Source: Coleofasciculus chthonoplastes F2-STO-03 | GTDB lineage: Bacteria; Cyanobacteriota; Cyanobacteriia; Cyanobacteriales; Coleofasciculaceae | DNA: 64,000 bases | Assembly (NCBI GenBank): GCA_040222015.1 | Contig: JAVJWO010000046.1 | Span: forward strand, 34,424 to 98,423 | Direction of reading: 5' to 3' | In this document: piece by piece, positions 17,801 through 26,324 of the stretch | Position numbering within the stretch: the stretch's first letter is position 1 | Layout of the letters: each line of letters starts with the position of its first letter | Translations under genes and position numbers: made by a program | The notes under the pieces: model-generated | Databases searched by the model: none | Told to the model about the DNA's origin: nothing | What the model saw: the letters and a program-made list of their open reading frames with translations, nothing else

Positions 17801-18804
17801 GATTAGTTCTCCAAGGCGGTGGACAAATATCTGCGACAACCTTTGATTCGGGACAGGGTGGAATTATAGAGGTTAACGCTTCAGAATCCGTAGACGTTAA
17901 CGGTTCAGGAAGTGGCTTATTTTTTGATTCTCGAAGTTTGGCGAATGCGAGAGGAATTACCCTGAATACGGGTCGTTTAACCGTGGAAAATGGGGGACAA
18001 TTAACCGTGAGTGGGAGTGGTTCTGGCACGTCTGGGGATTTGGAGATTACGGCGGATTCTATCTTTTTAACTAATCAAGGACGCCTGCGGGCAACGACGA
18101 CGGCTAGTGAAGGGGGGAATATTCGTTTAGATGTGACCGATTCTATTATTATGCGCTTCAATAGTGAAATTGCGGCGGAAGCATTTGGTACGGCAAATGG
18201 CGGTAATATTACGATTAATGCTGGGGGAATTATTTGGGCAATTCTCTCGGAAAATAGTGATGTGGTGGCTAATGCCTTTGCGGGTCAAGGTGGAACCATT
18301 TCGGCGACGGCTTTACTAATTGAAGGATTTCGCCAATTTGAAGACCGCCGTACTCCAGAGAGTGACTTTATTGCGAGTTCTGAATTAGGAATTGATGGAA
18401 CGGTAGACGTTAATACTGAAACTAGACCTCAACCTGAACCTTTACCCCAGTTACAATCGGTAGACCCAATTGAACCCAGATGTCAAGTCGGTCAACGGCG
18501 TGGAACCAGTGAATTTATTATTTCGGGACGCGGAGGTTTACCACCCAATCCAATAAATAATGCCAGTTATAATCAGGGTTGGGTTGATTTCCGTGATTCG
18601 ATAAGTTCGACAGAAAATCGGGTTAATTCTGGAGGAGATAATTCGCAAATGGAGACGAAATCAACTCAGATTATTGAGGCGCAAGGATGGATTATTAAGG
18701 AAAATGGAGAGGTTGAATTGGTGGCGAGAGTCCCGAATCCGACGCTGTATAGTTCCTGGCAAACTCCGATTTGTCCTGTACCGAATGACGCGATTGTCCC
18801 GTAG
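14803..18804 (+). CDS. Filamentous haemagglutinin N-terminal domain (TpsA-like) exoprotein
   Basis: Signal peptide, NLFHSFSEF, NPNGI TPS motif, beta-helix GxAGxLxI repeats, GRGGLP/EAQGW C-terminus. Confidence 0.93.
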   Translation: MVRFRQSQSRRGIRLAAGVAIAWVLSHWTTPTVAQVIPDSTLGGEGSVVTPDVIIEGLPADQIDGGAIRGANLFHSFSEFNVGAGQRVYFANPTGIDTILSRVTGTDVSDILGTLGVNGRANLFLMNPNGIVFGKNAQLDVQGAFVASTAEGWVFENGTEFSATNPQAPPLLTINLTPGLQYGSNYQGAIASSGSLAVGGDLILAGRTLDLKNQVQAGGNLTLFATDTLKVRDSVASPFIASAMGQLLVQGNQAIDIFALNHPDSGFFSGGDMVFRSGNTVSADAHFWSGGNFRIERLDSSLGNLSSPYDPVIRASGDVSFNDYTGPSLHILAGGSVTISGDVAIEEVEANADAINGDTIVLSDGTEITINGSTRPTLDIRAGTTDFGTPNAAPIDNFNPFGDFDSPPTIDASGTGTSADIRIAGLIDIQAADGLVLLTNQYRPNLSLSGGVITAPLIFTDDFQRRFVGNSGSIFIDARGNIEVGQIDTSSVSGNGGEIRIISDQNITFTDNVDSSVRPDFGLGFGVGGNITVTAQEEIILPSANISIISVTQGQGKGGDIEINTRSLSLVNGAEIFTVTQSEGEDSGQGGNLTINASESVELIGVGIPPGSNRARNTRLSARTLGDGDAGNLTVNTRQLILRDGGILSTITCGTGAMTRCGSAQPGTLRVNASDFIELTGTPNVDDGVLLTSGLFSTSVLDGDGGDVFVETGRLIIRDGAQIAAAAERRSTGAGGNITVTASDLVELSGTRPNGIPGGLYTFAAEESSGDAGNLTVNTGQFIVRDGASVASSTDSTGNAGDLEINASESMEVINAEVRAITTLNADDAGDAGNFLINTNQLIVREGGLVSARTLGPGDAGILDIKTNRLVVRDGARVSADTSSTGEAGKLNVMATESVEVIGTASDGTTPSSLLFDSSASEIGGNAGELTIDTSRLIVQDGGLVSATTANTGEAGKLTVNASESVEVVGTSPNGQTPSLLVFDSSGSGNAGELKIDTERLVLQGGGQISATTFDSGQGGIIEVNASESVDVNGSGSGLFFDSRSLANARGITLNTGRLTVENGGQLTVSGSGSGTSGDLEITADSIFLTNQGRLRATTTASEGGNIRLDVTDSIIMRFNSEIAAEAFGTANGGNITINAGGIIWAILSENSDVVANAFAGQGGTISATALLIEGFRQFEDRRTPESDFIASSELGIDGTVDVNTETRPQPEPLPQLQSVDPIEPRCQVGQRRGTSEFIISGRGGLPPNPINNASYNQGWVDFRDSISSTENRVNSGGDNSQMETKSTQIIEAQGWIIKENGEVELVARVPNPTLYSSWQTPICPVPNDAIVP

Positions 18805-19151
18805 GGGCGCACCGACGTGCGCCCTGCACCGACGTGTCGGAAAGATAAACGTAGGACTTACGCAAAGGATCTATATGTAGGGTGTGTTAGCGTAGCGTAA
18901 CGCACCTTTGCAACTTAGGACTTAAGCACGATAATATCAAGGGCACGATAATATCGTGCCCCTACAGGTAGCTTGAAGGGTTAACTTCTTTCTCTTTCCC
19001 CATCGCAATTCCACTTTTATTGGTGGTAAGCTGTATCTTGGTCTGTCGCTATTGGGGGGAAAGCGTGACGATGAACTGGCGCTAAAGCGCAACTACGAGC
19101 GCAATTACGAGCGCAACTACGAACAAGGGTGAATGATTTTTATTATAAATT

Positions 19152-22100
19152 ATGACTAAATTCCCATTTTTATGGCGTCATCTGAAATTATTCTTTAAAT
19201 ATGGGGTTATCGCTGTCTGTTTTACTCTATTGATTGGCTTGGGTCAAACTTATCTGACTCGTCAATCGGCACTGAGTACCGAACCCCCGCCAATTATTAG
19301 CCAAACTCCTATTGTTGATATCAATGGGTTAGTTCAACAAGGTCAAGGTTATTATAAAAATGGACAATTTACAGAGGCGGTAAGTCTCTGGCAAGAAGCG
19401 GCATCTCAATTGGCTGATGAAGGGAATCAACTTCAACAAGCGCGAGTCTTAAGTTATCTGGCTTTGGCTTTTCAAGAATTGGGAAAATGGCAGGAGGCAA
19501 AAGACGCGATCGCGAAAAGTTTAAACCAACTCCAATCGAGTCCAGATTCCCCGGACAAAAGCCTAATTCTGGCTCAAGTTCTTAATAATCAAGGACACCT
19601 ACAACTTTCTCTGGGAAATGCGGCTGATGCTCTGACAACCTGGGAAACTGTATATCGCCTCTACCGTCGCTTAGGAGATGAAACGGGCAGTATTGGTAGC
19701 TTGATTAATCAAGCCCAAGCGTTGCAGGATCTAGGGCAGTTACGGGAGGCATTTAAAACGTTAACTCAGGCAACGTTACATCTGAAAAGCAAACCAGACT
19801 CGTTGCTTAAATTCACGGCTTGGTCTCATTTAGGAGAATTGGTACGAGTTGTGGGTAACTCTAATTTATCAGACCCCAATTGGTTGCCCGTCAAACAATC
19901 CTTTCAGTTAAATAATTTAACCAACTTAGAGCAATCCAAGCACCTGTTAGATCAAAGCTTAATTCTGGCACAAGCTCTGAATAATCAAGAAGCAATTGCT
20001 GAAGCGTATTTCCGGTTAGGGAACTGGGGAAACGATGCCTATAATTATCAGCGCAGTTTATACGCCAGAACTCGCCCCTCTCAACAGGACATACAACCAG
20101 TTCTGGATGCTGCTGCTCAAGCTGCTGATTATTATCAACAGGCAATTACATTATCAAATACGCCATTTATTCCCCTTGAATCTCAGCTAAACTATCTGAG
20201 TCTTTTATTCAATACCCAATACTGGTTACTTAAGCAGCGGCACTGGTCAAATGCTCAAACATGGTGGCAGGAAAAAGTTGTACCGCAACTGCCGAATTTA
20301 ACCCAAATTCAAGCCAACATCACCGCATTACCCACCAGTCACACTGCCATTGATTGCCAAATTCAGTTTGCTCAACTTCTGGTTAGCTTAAAAGGAGTTC
20401 AGGAAACCGTTAATCAAAATACAGCAAACGTTCCCAATATTTACCGTCACCGGATTTGGACAGAATTAGACGGTTTATTAACCACAACTTTTGACAAAAA
20501 TAAACAGATTATCCAACAATCTCACGAGTTAGAGGATCGGCGTAGTGAGGCTTATGCGACGGGGATTAGTGGTAAACTTTATGAATCGAATCAGAACCTG
20601 GAAAATGCTCAAGAGTTAACCCATCAAGCCATTCAAATTAGCCAATCCATTCAGGCGTGGGATATTGCCTATCAATGGCAATGGCAACTGGGGCGCTTGC
20701 GGAAAGCCCAGGGAAATATTGAAGGAGAATCGGGCGCGATACGTTCTGAAAGAACACGCTCCGCGATACGTTCTGAGAGAACACGCTCTGCGATCGCAGC
20801 CTATCAAGCGGCGGTGAATACACTCAATACGATTCGCCAAGATTTAGCCACCTTTAACCCCGATGTTCGTTTTTCCTTTCGAGATGAAATTGAGCCGATT
20901 TATCGAGAATTGATTGATTTACTTTTGCGAGAAGAAACCCCGTCACCGCAAAATTTAATCCAAGCCAGAGAGGTTTTAGCCCAACTGCAATTAGCCGAAT
21001 TAGAGAACTACTTACAAGAAGCCTGTGCGTCATCAACCCCTGCTTTAATTGACCAAATTGTAGATAAACACGCCCCGAATACGGCGGTTATTTATACGAT
21101 TCTTTTAGATGATCGTTTAGAGGTCATTCTTAAACTACCCCAACCAGCAGAATTTAACGAGGTTACCGACTACAACTGTCAACACGGTAGAGACGTTGCA
21201 TGCAACGTCTCTACACCATGGCGATCGAAAATTAATCCCAGTCATCCTAAATCTGGAACCCAAGTAACTTTACAACACCATCGCGTCACGATTTCCCTCC
21301 GTCAGGTGGAAGAAATAGTTGATCAACTCCGCACTCAACTCACTAATCCCCAACGTACTTCTCGCTATACTCAAGCGATTCAAAATACCTCTCAACCGAT
21401 CTATAATTGGTTAGTTTCTCCCTTTGAATCTCAGCTTAAAGCGAATGGTATAAATACCTTAGTGTTTGTCCTCGATGGTGCCTTACAAACCGTTCCTATG
21501 GGAGTGCTTTGGGATGGGAATCAGTATCTGATTGAAAAATATGCGATCGCGCTGAATCGAGAACCTCAGTTACTCGCCCCTGTACCTCTCTCCCAGCAGC
21601 CCTTACAGACGCTGGCGTTTGGACTATCTCAGGTACGCTCCGATTTCGCCCCTCATCAAAGCTTTTCACCCCTCGCCAATGTTGAAATCGAACTATCACA
21701 AATTCCCTCAGATGTAAAGCTACTCAATCAGGCATTTACCAGTCAAGCTCTGCAAACTCAAATCAACGCCCGCCCCTTTTCCATTGTTCACTTTGCCACC
21801 CACGGACAATTTAGTTCTAATCCTAATGAAACCTTTATTTTAGCCTGGGATAAACGGATTCAGGTGAATGAATTAAGTCACTATCTCAAAAGTCGCGAGG
21901 AAAGTTTACCTGATCCGATTGAACTGTTAGTGTTGAGTGCTTGTCAAACTGCTAATGGGGATAATCGGGCGACATTAGGGCTGGCGGGAATAACGGTTCG
22001 TGCTGGGGCGCGGAGTACGATTGGAACGTTATGGGAAGTGAGTGATAAATCAACGACTGATTTTATTCGGTTGCTCTATGAACAGTTGACTAATTCCACG

Positions 22101-22232
22101 GAACCGATGAGCAAAGCGGAAGCGATACAACGGGTTCAGAAGGAATTTTTAGGGCATCCGAATTATCGGCATCCTTATTATTGGGCACCTTTTGTTTTAA
22201 TCGGTAATTGGCTCTCGTTGTTTCAAGGATAA
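19152..22232 (+). CDS. TPR + CHAT (caspase-like) protease
   Basis: TPR repeats; HFATHG and LSACQT catalytic His/Cys; HPYYWAPF. Confidence 0.93.
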   Translation: MTKFPFLWRHLKLFFKYGVIAVCFTLLIGLGQTYLTRQSALSTEPPPIISQTPIVDINGLVQQGQGYYKNGQFTEAVSLWQEAASQLADEGNQLQQARVLSYLALAFQELGKWQEAKDAIAKSLNQLQSSPDSPDKSLILAQVLNNQGHLQLSLGNAADALTTWETVYRLYRRLGDETGSIGSLINQAQALQDLGQLREAFKTLTQATLHLKSKPDSLLKFTAWSHLGELVRVVGNSNLSDPNWLPVKQSFQLNNLTNLEQSKHLLDQSLILAQALNNQEAIAEAYFRLGNWGNDAYNYQRSLYARTRPSQQDIQPVLDAAAQAADYYQQAITLSNTPFIPLESQLNYLSLLFNTQYWLLKQRHWSNAQTWWQEKVVPQLPNLTQIQANITALPTSHTAIDCQIQFAQLLVSLKGVQETVNQNTANVPNIYRHRIWTELDGLLTTTFDKNKQIIQQSHELEDRRSEAYATGISGKLYESNQNLENAQELTHQAIQISQSIQAWDIAYQWQWQLGRLRKAQGNIEGESGAIRSERTRSAIRSERTRSAIAAYQAAVNTLNTIRQDLATFNPDVRFSFRDEIEPIYRELIDLLLREETPSPQNLIQAREVLAQLQLAELENYLQEACASSTPALIDQIVDKHAPNTAVIYTILLDDRLEVILKLPQPAEFNEVTDYNCQHGRDVACNVSTPWRSKINPSHPKSGTQVTLQHHRVTISLRQVEEIVDQLRTQLTNPQRTSRYTQAIQNTSQPIYNWLVSPFESQLKANGINTLVFVLDGALQTVPMGVLWDGNQYLIEKYAIALNREPQLLAPVPLSQQPLQTLAFGLSQVRSDFAPHQSFSPLANVEIELSQIPSDVKLLNQAFTSQALQTQINARPFSIVHFATHGQFSSNPNETFILAWDKRIQVNELSHYLKSREESLPDPIELLVLSACQTANGDNRATLGLAGITVRAGARSTIGTLWEVSDKSTTDFIRLLYEQLTNSTEPMSKAEAIQRVQKEFLGHPNYRHPYYWAPFVLIGNWLSLFQG

Positions 22233-22376
22233 ATTTGTCCCTAGATCAGGGCACGATAGTATCGTGCCCCTACCTAATCAAATTAATGATCTCTACCCTT
22301 TGGTAGGGGCATGGCATTGCCATGCCCTATGATCACTACATTTTGCGTTTTAACTTTGAATAGCAGGTAGCCCACT

Positions 22377-22697
22377 ATGCAACTCGAAGACTATTTTAAT
22401 ATTCTCGCTCCCAATGATATTCGGCTTAAGGGTTCGCGGATTGGAATTGAGACAATTTTGTATGAGTACATTTATCGCGCTCGTACTCCAGAAGAAATTG
22501 CCAAAATTTATATCACTCTTTCTTTAGAACAAGTTTATGCCACAATCCTTTATTATCTGCATCATCAAGAAAAAATTAGTAACTATATGGAAGATTGGTT
22601 AGAGTGGGGGCAAAAAATGCGGCACGAACAACGACGTAATCCATCACCTGTCGTGAGCAAGCTCATGCAATTAAAGGCGGAAAGCGAGGCAATTTAA
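22377..22697 (+). CDS. DUF433 family protein (putative antitoxin)
   Basis: IRLKGSRIGIETIL...PEEIA...LSLEQVYATILYY. Confidence 0.85.
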   Translation: MQLEDYFNILAPNDIRLKGSRIGIETILYEYIYRARTPEEIAKIYITLSLEQVYATILYYLHHQEKISNYMEDWLEWGQKMRHEQRRNPSPVVSKLMQLKAESEAI

Positions 22698-22918
22698 ACC
22701 TGACAATACTCATCACTTCCCTAAAGTTCTACTCTCCTAGTTATTTATATTAGAATTATGTTTTTTGAATGCAGAGGTACGCAGAGAGAGTTTGTAGTTA
22801 TTGTGTAGGGGCGGGTTTCACGATTATCTTTTCGGTTGCACCCAGATGTAACTAAACCCGCCCAGACGCGCCATGGCTCTACAATAGTTTTAAGACTTCC
22901 CGTGAAAAGTCAGAACAG

Positions 22919-23680
22919 CTACTGTTTTTCTAGGGTGCAGCAGGGTATAATTGGTGTTTTCGTAAGTTGTTCCCAACCGATAGATTCTAGTAAGTTTGCC
23001 CAGGCTGTCTCGGTTTCTTGGGGTGTTTGGCGGTGCAGGTTGGCTAATTCGGTGACGGTATCAAACCATAAACCGTTTTGAGCATAAATGACTACTTTTT
23101 CTGGGGAAGTATTACCATTTAACGGCGTCTCAACCTGTACCCGTTTAATCCAGCCATCGACAAAGAAATTAGGCGCTGATGCTGGAGTCTGGCAATAGAG
23201 TTTCAGTGACCAATAATACCATTTGCCGGGTTCCAGTGGGGGTTCATTGGTGGGTATGGCTAGGTTAATAATTCCGGGAGTTTGGGGTAGATTGAATTGA
23301 AAGTTGGCTTGATAATCGGCTTCATTTTCGATGCTAAATTGGGCGACTTGAGCTGAGGTGGCTGTGGCTGGAAGATAAAACCAAAATGTCGGATGTTGAC
23401 TCTGGGTTAATCCCCAAACATGAGTTTCTGATAAGCTGATTCCGGTTTTTTCAATGGCGGGGACAATGGCGACTAATTGATTATCGGTTTCGGCGGGTTG
23501 GGCGTCACAGGGTCCACGGGTTCCTGAATCCGATTGTTGTCCCGGTGTGTCTTTATCCGGTGGGGGTGGCGGTTGGTTGAAGATGAGGGCGTCGAGGGGC
23601 GATCGCTGGGCGATGATCAGAAGGGGTATGATGGCAAGGTTGAATAGTTTGTTGGTCATTTGTTGTTTGTCCTTTGTCAT
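22919..23680 (-). CDS. DUF928 family protein
   Basis: PPPP..PG..GTRG.C, GLT...PTFWFYLP, Y.W, GWIKR, GLWFD, W..LL.SIG. Confidence 0.9.
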   Translation of the reverse strand: MTKDKQQMTNKLFNLAIIPLLIIAQRSPLDALIFNQPPPPPDKDTPGQQSDSGTRGPCDAQPAETDNQLVAIVPAIEKTGISLSETHVWGLTQSQHPTFWFYLPATATSAQVAQFSIENEADYQANFQFNLPQTPGIINLAIPTNEPPLEPGKWYYWSLKLYCQTPASAPNFFVDGWIKRVQVETPLNGNTSPEKVVIYAQNGLWFDTVTELANLHRQTPQETETAWANLLESIGWEQLTKTPIIPCCTLEKQ

Positions 23681-26136
23681 TTGTCATTTGTTCTATTAAT
23701 TACGAATAATAAAGGGCTAAAGCCCTTACTACAAACATTACTACAAACAATTAAGGCGATCGCAGAGGGTACTAGGGGTATCCAATACCCGTTAATTAAT
23801 AAAATTAAACTGAGTCCTGATAATAGGATTAATGCTGTACTGATGGATAGAATTTGGTATCGGCGTTTGGGGATGAATTGAACCAATAGTCCGCCAATTA
23901 AGGAGCATCCCCCAATCCACAATATATCACTCCAGAAATGCCCAGGTTGAATTAAGGGACGTTGATCGAGTACCGCGCTGAGAATCTGACTCACCCCATG
24001 CGCCTGAATTTCTAATCCTCGCATTTCTCCGTAAGGGGTATGGAAGCTATCTTTGATACTGGTGGCGGTAACTCCAATTAATATTACCCGATTTTTGACC
24101 CATTGGGGATTAATTTTACCTTGGAGAACCTCGGTTAATGTCACGGATTGGGCGATGGGTTGAACCGCACGGTAATTAAGGAGGATTTGTTGACCTCTGG
24201 GATCATACCGTTGATATCCGCCAGCACGGGGTTTTAAATCGGCAAAAATAGTATCTCCAAGCTGCAAGTTGCCGTTTTTGGCGGTAAAGGTAGGTACTAT
24301 AGTCTCGGCGGCTAAATAGCGAAAGGCGAGTTGAACGTTAAGGGCGTAGGGGGTGGGACAAGGTGAGGTTGAAGGGACTTTTTGATATAATAGCTGGCGG
24401 CGTAATAGACCAATTTCTGTGTTTTGGCTGTCCACTAATACATTGCTAAAGCCGAGAGTTTGCCAGGGAAGATTGAGGAAAGAAGCGGTTCCTTGATCGC
24501 TTTCACTGCTAACCTTACAGATATGAATTACTCGATTGGTTTGGTGCAAATAGGTGGGTAAATCCAGGGAAGATTCTCGCTGTGTGTCGCGATAGTGAAT
24601 GGGGTTATCTCGATAGATATCTAAGCCGATTACTCGCGGTTGCATTGATTCTAGTTTCTGCAATAATTTGACTAGCACGTCATCAGATAACGGATAGCGG
24701 TAGTTGTTGATATCGGCTTCGGTTATTTTCACTAGTAATAGGCGCGAGTCTAAGGCTTCGGCTGGGCGCAACCGGATTAATCCATCCAAGGCTTGCAATT
24801 CTAACCCTTGCAATAAACCGAGCGATCGCACTCCAATCACCGCAATGCTGACAACCCCACTGAGGATCGGAATTGTCCAAGCTGGGGTCTTGACAGAATG
24901 GTCGTTTTGTGATGGAAGTTGAGCGTTGACCCATTGGCGATTAAAGATGGATTGGTAGATGGGGTTATGAACTCTCAGTTTACCCTGACGCTGAATCACT
25001 AATCCTGAGAGTAGCAATTCCTGTTGGGCGTGACTTTCATCGGCGGGGATTTCCCCCTGGTGTAAGATTTGTTGATAGAGGCGGAGTAATGGGATAGCGC
25101 TATGATGACTGAGGAGGATGCGATCGCGTATAGTTCTTAGATGTTCGGGATGATCCGTGAATTCCCAGTTTAGCAGAATCTGCGATCGCACGATTTGTGT
25201 CACGAATTCCCGTTCATTGTTGTCGCGATGGATTTTACCCGTAAGGCTTCTCGATAAAACCCTTAACGGAACGAAACCCACCCTACTGAGAGTTTTCCCT
25301 ATAAAATTATCGCAGTAATCGATAACTCGATTCACCCTACTCTTGTTGATAATTGGGTCTAACTGAGACTCACAGGACAGTTGCACCAACTGACACAATT
25401 TTTGGGTGAGAAAGGGTTGACCCGCTGTCCAATATAATATCGCTTCCAGCACCTTTCGCGGATGCTTAACCCTTCCGGCAAACCCTTGGGCTAAAACCAA
25501 TGCTTCATCCAGTTTAAATCCCTGTAATTCAATCGCTTTACCAATATTAAATGGTGTTTTGATTTTATCTTGGATTAAATCATACGGGCTGGCTACTCCT
25601 AACAAAGCAAAGGTTAAACGTTGATAGCGTTCATGGGTATCTCGTCCATTATAGTAGGCTCGAATTAAGGCAAAAAAGTCATCGGTTGGAAAGGATAAAC
25701 TCAGCGTACTATCAATTTCATCGATAAAAATGACTAAATTTTGAGGAATAATATCCAGCACAACCGCTTCAATAAACTCCCCTAAACGCTGCACAGGCGA
25801 TAAGGAGTCCTGCTCATCCCACCACAGTTTCCATTTGACACGAGTTGCTAGTTGTAATTCACTGACTAAACGATAAGCAATTCCCTTATACCATTGTTGT
25901 TCATTCGCCTGACGCCCAATGCGAGTTAAATCAACTACCGCACAGGCAATTCCTTCAGCTTCCAAACGTTTTTTTGTTTGTACTCGTAAGCTTGATTTAC
26001 CCATTTGCCGGGAATTTAGGACATAGCAAAATTCTCCGGATTTTAATCCTTCATAGAGTTGTTGATCCGCCGAACGCATTACATAACTGGTTGCATTCGG
26101 TGGTAAACTTCCGCCCACATGGTAGTCATTTGTCAT
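23677..26136 (-). CDS. AAA_35 ATPase fused to CHASE2 sensor
   Basis: YHVGGSL, RQMGKSSL, FIDEID; ELQALD..RLRP, VIGLDIYRD, 3 C-terminal TMs. Confidence 0.9.
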   Translation of the reverse strand: MTNDYHVGGSLPPNATSYVMRSADQQLYEGLKSGEFCYVLNSRQMGKSSLRVQTKKRLEAEGIACAVVDLTRIGRQANEQQWYKGIAYRLVSELQLATRVKWKLWWDEQDSLSPVQRLGEFIEAVVLDIIPQNLVIFIDEIDSTLSLSFPTDDFFALIRAYYNGRDTHERYQRLTFALLGVASPYDLIQDKIKTPFNIGKAIELQGFKLDEALVLAQGFAGRVKHPRKVLEAILYWTAGQPFLTQKLCQLVQLSCESQLDPIINKSRVNRVIDYCDNFIGKTLSRVGFVPLRVLSRSLTGKIHRDNNEREFVTQIVRSQILLNWEFTDHPEHLRTIRDRILLSHHSAIPLLRLYQQILHQGEIPADESHAQQELLLSGLVIQRQGKLRVHNPIYQSIFNRQWVNAQLPSQNDHSVKTPAWTIPILSGVVSIAVIGVRSLGLLQGLELQALDGLIRLRPAEALDSRLLLVKITEADINNYRYPLSDDVLVKLLQKLESMQPRVIGLDIYRDNPIHYRDTQRESSLDLPTYLHQTNRVIHICKVSSESDQGTASFLNLPWQTLGFSNVLVDSQNTEIGLLRRQLLYQKVPSTSPCPTPYALNVQLAFRYLAAETIVPTFTAKNGNLQLGDTIFADLKPRAGGYQRYDPRGQQILLNYRAVQPIAQSVTLTEVLQGKINPQWVKNRVILIGVTATSIKDSFHTPYGEMRGLEIQAHGVSQILSAVLDQRPLIQPGHFWSDILWIGGCSLIGGLLVQFIPKRRYQILSISTALILLSGLSLILLINGYWIPLVPSAIALIVCSNVCSKGFSPLLFVINRTNDK

Positions 26137-26201
26137 TTGTCATTCGTCATTTGTCATTTGTCATTTGTCATTTGTCATTCGTCATTCGTCATTCGTCATT
26201 C
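26125..26201. repeat. STRR heptamer array (GTCATT[T/C]) about 11 copies
   Basis: Direct reading; overlaps start of AAA_35-CHASE2. Confidence 0.9.
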
Positions 26202-26324
26202 TCGTTCCCAGATATACCGTAGGGTGGGCATTGCCCACCAGACTTAAGTCAATGACATTCCTCTTAAGGGAATGCTATTGGGGAGGCTACGCCTCCCGTC
26301 AAAGGCTAAAGCCATTACTACGAA

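Noticed and set aside
16566..18029. Long antisense ORFs inside the TpsA gene
   Set aside because: Shadow ORFs caused by codon bias of Gly/Thr/Asn-rich repeats
19086..19124. 12-bp triple repeat AGCGCAACTACG upstream of CHAT
   Set aside because: Looks like slippage of a REP-like end (similar ACTACGAAC at 26317); no support for function
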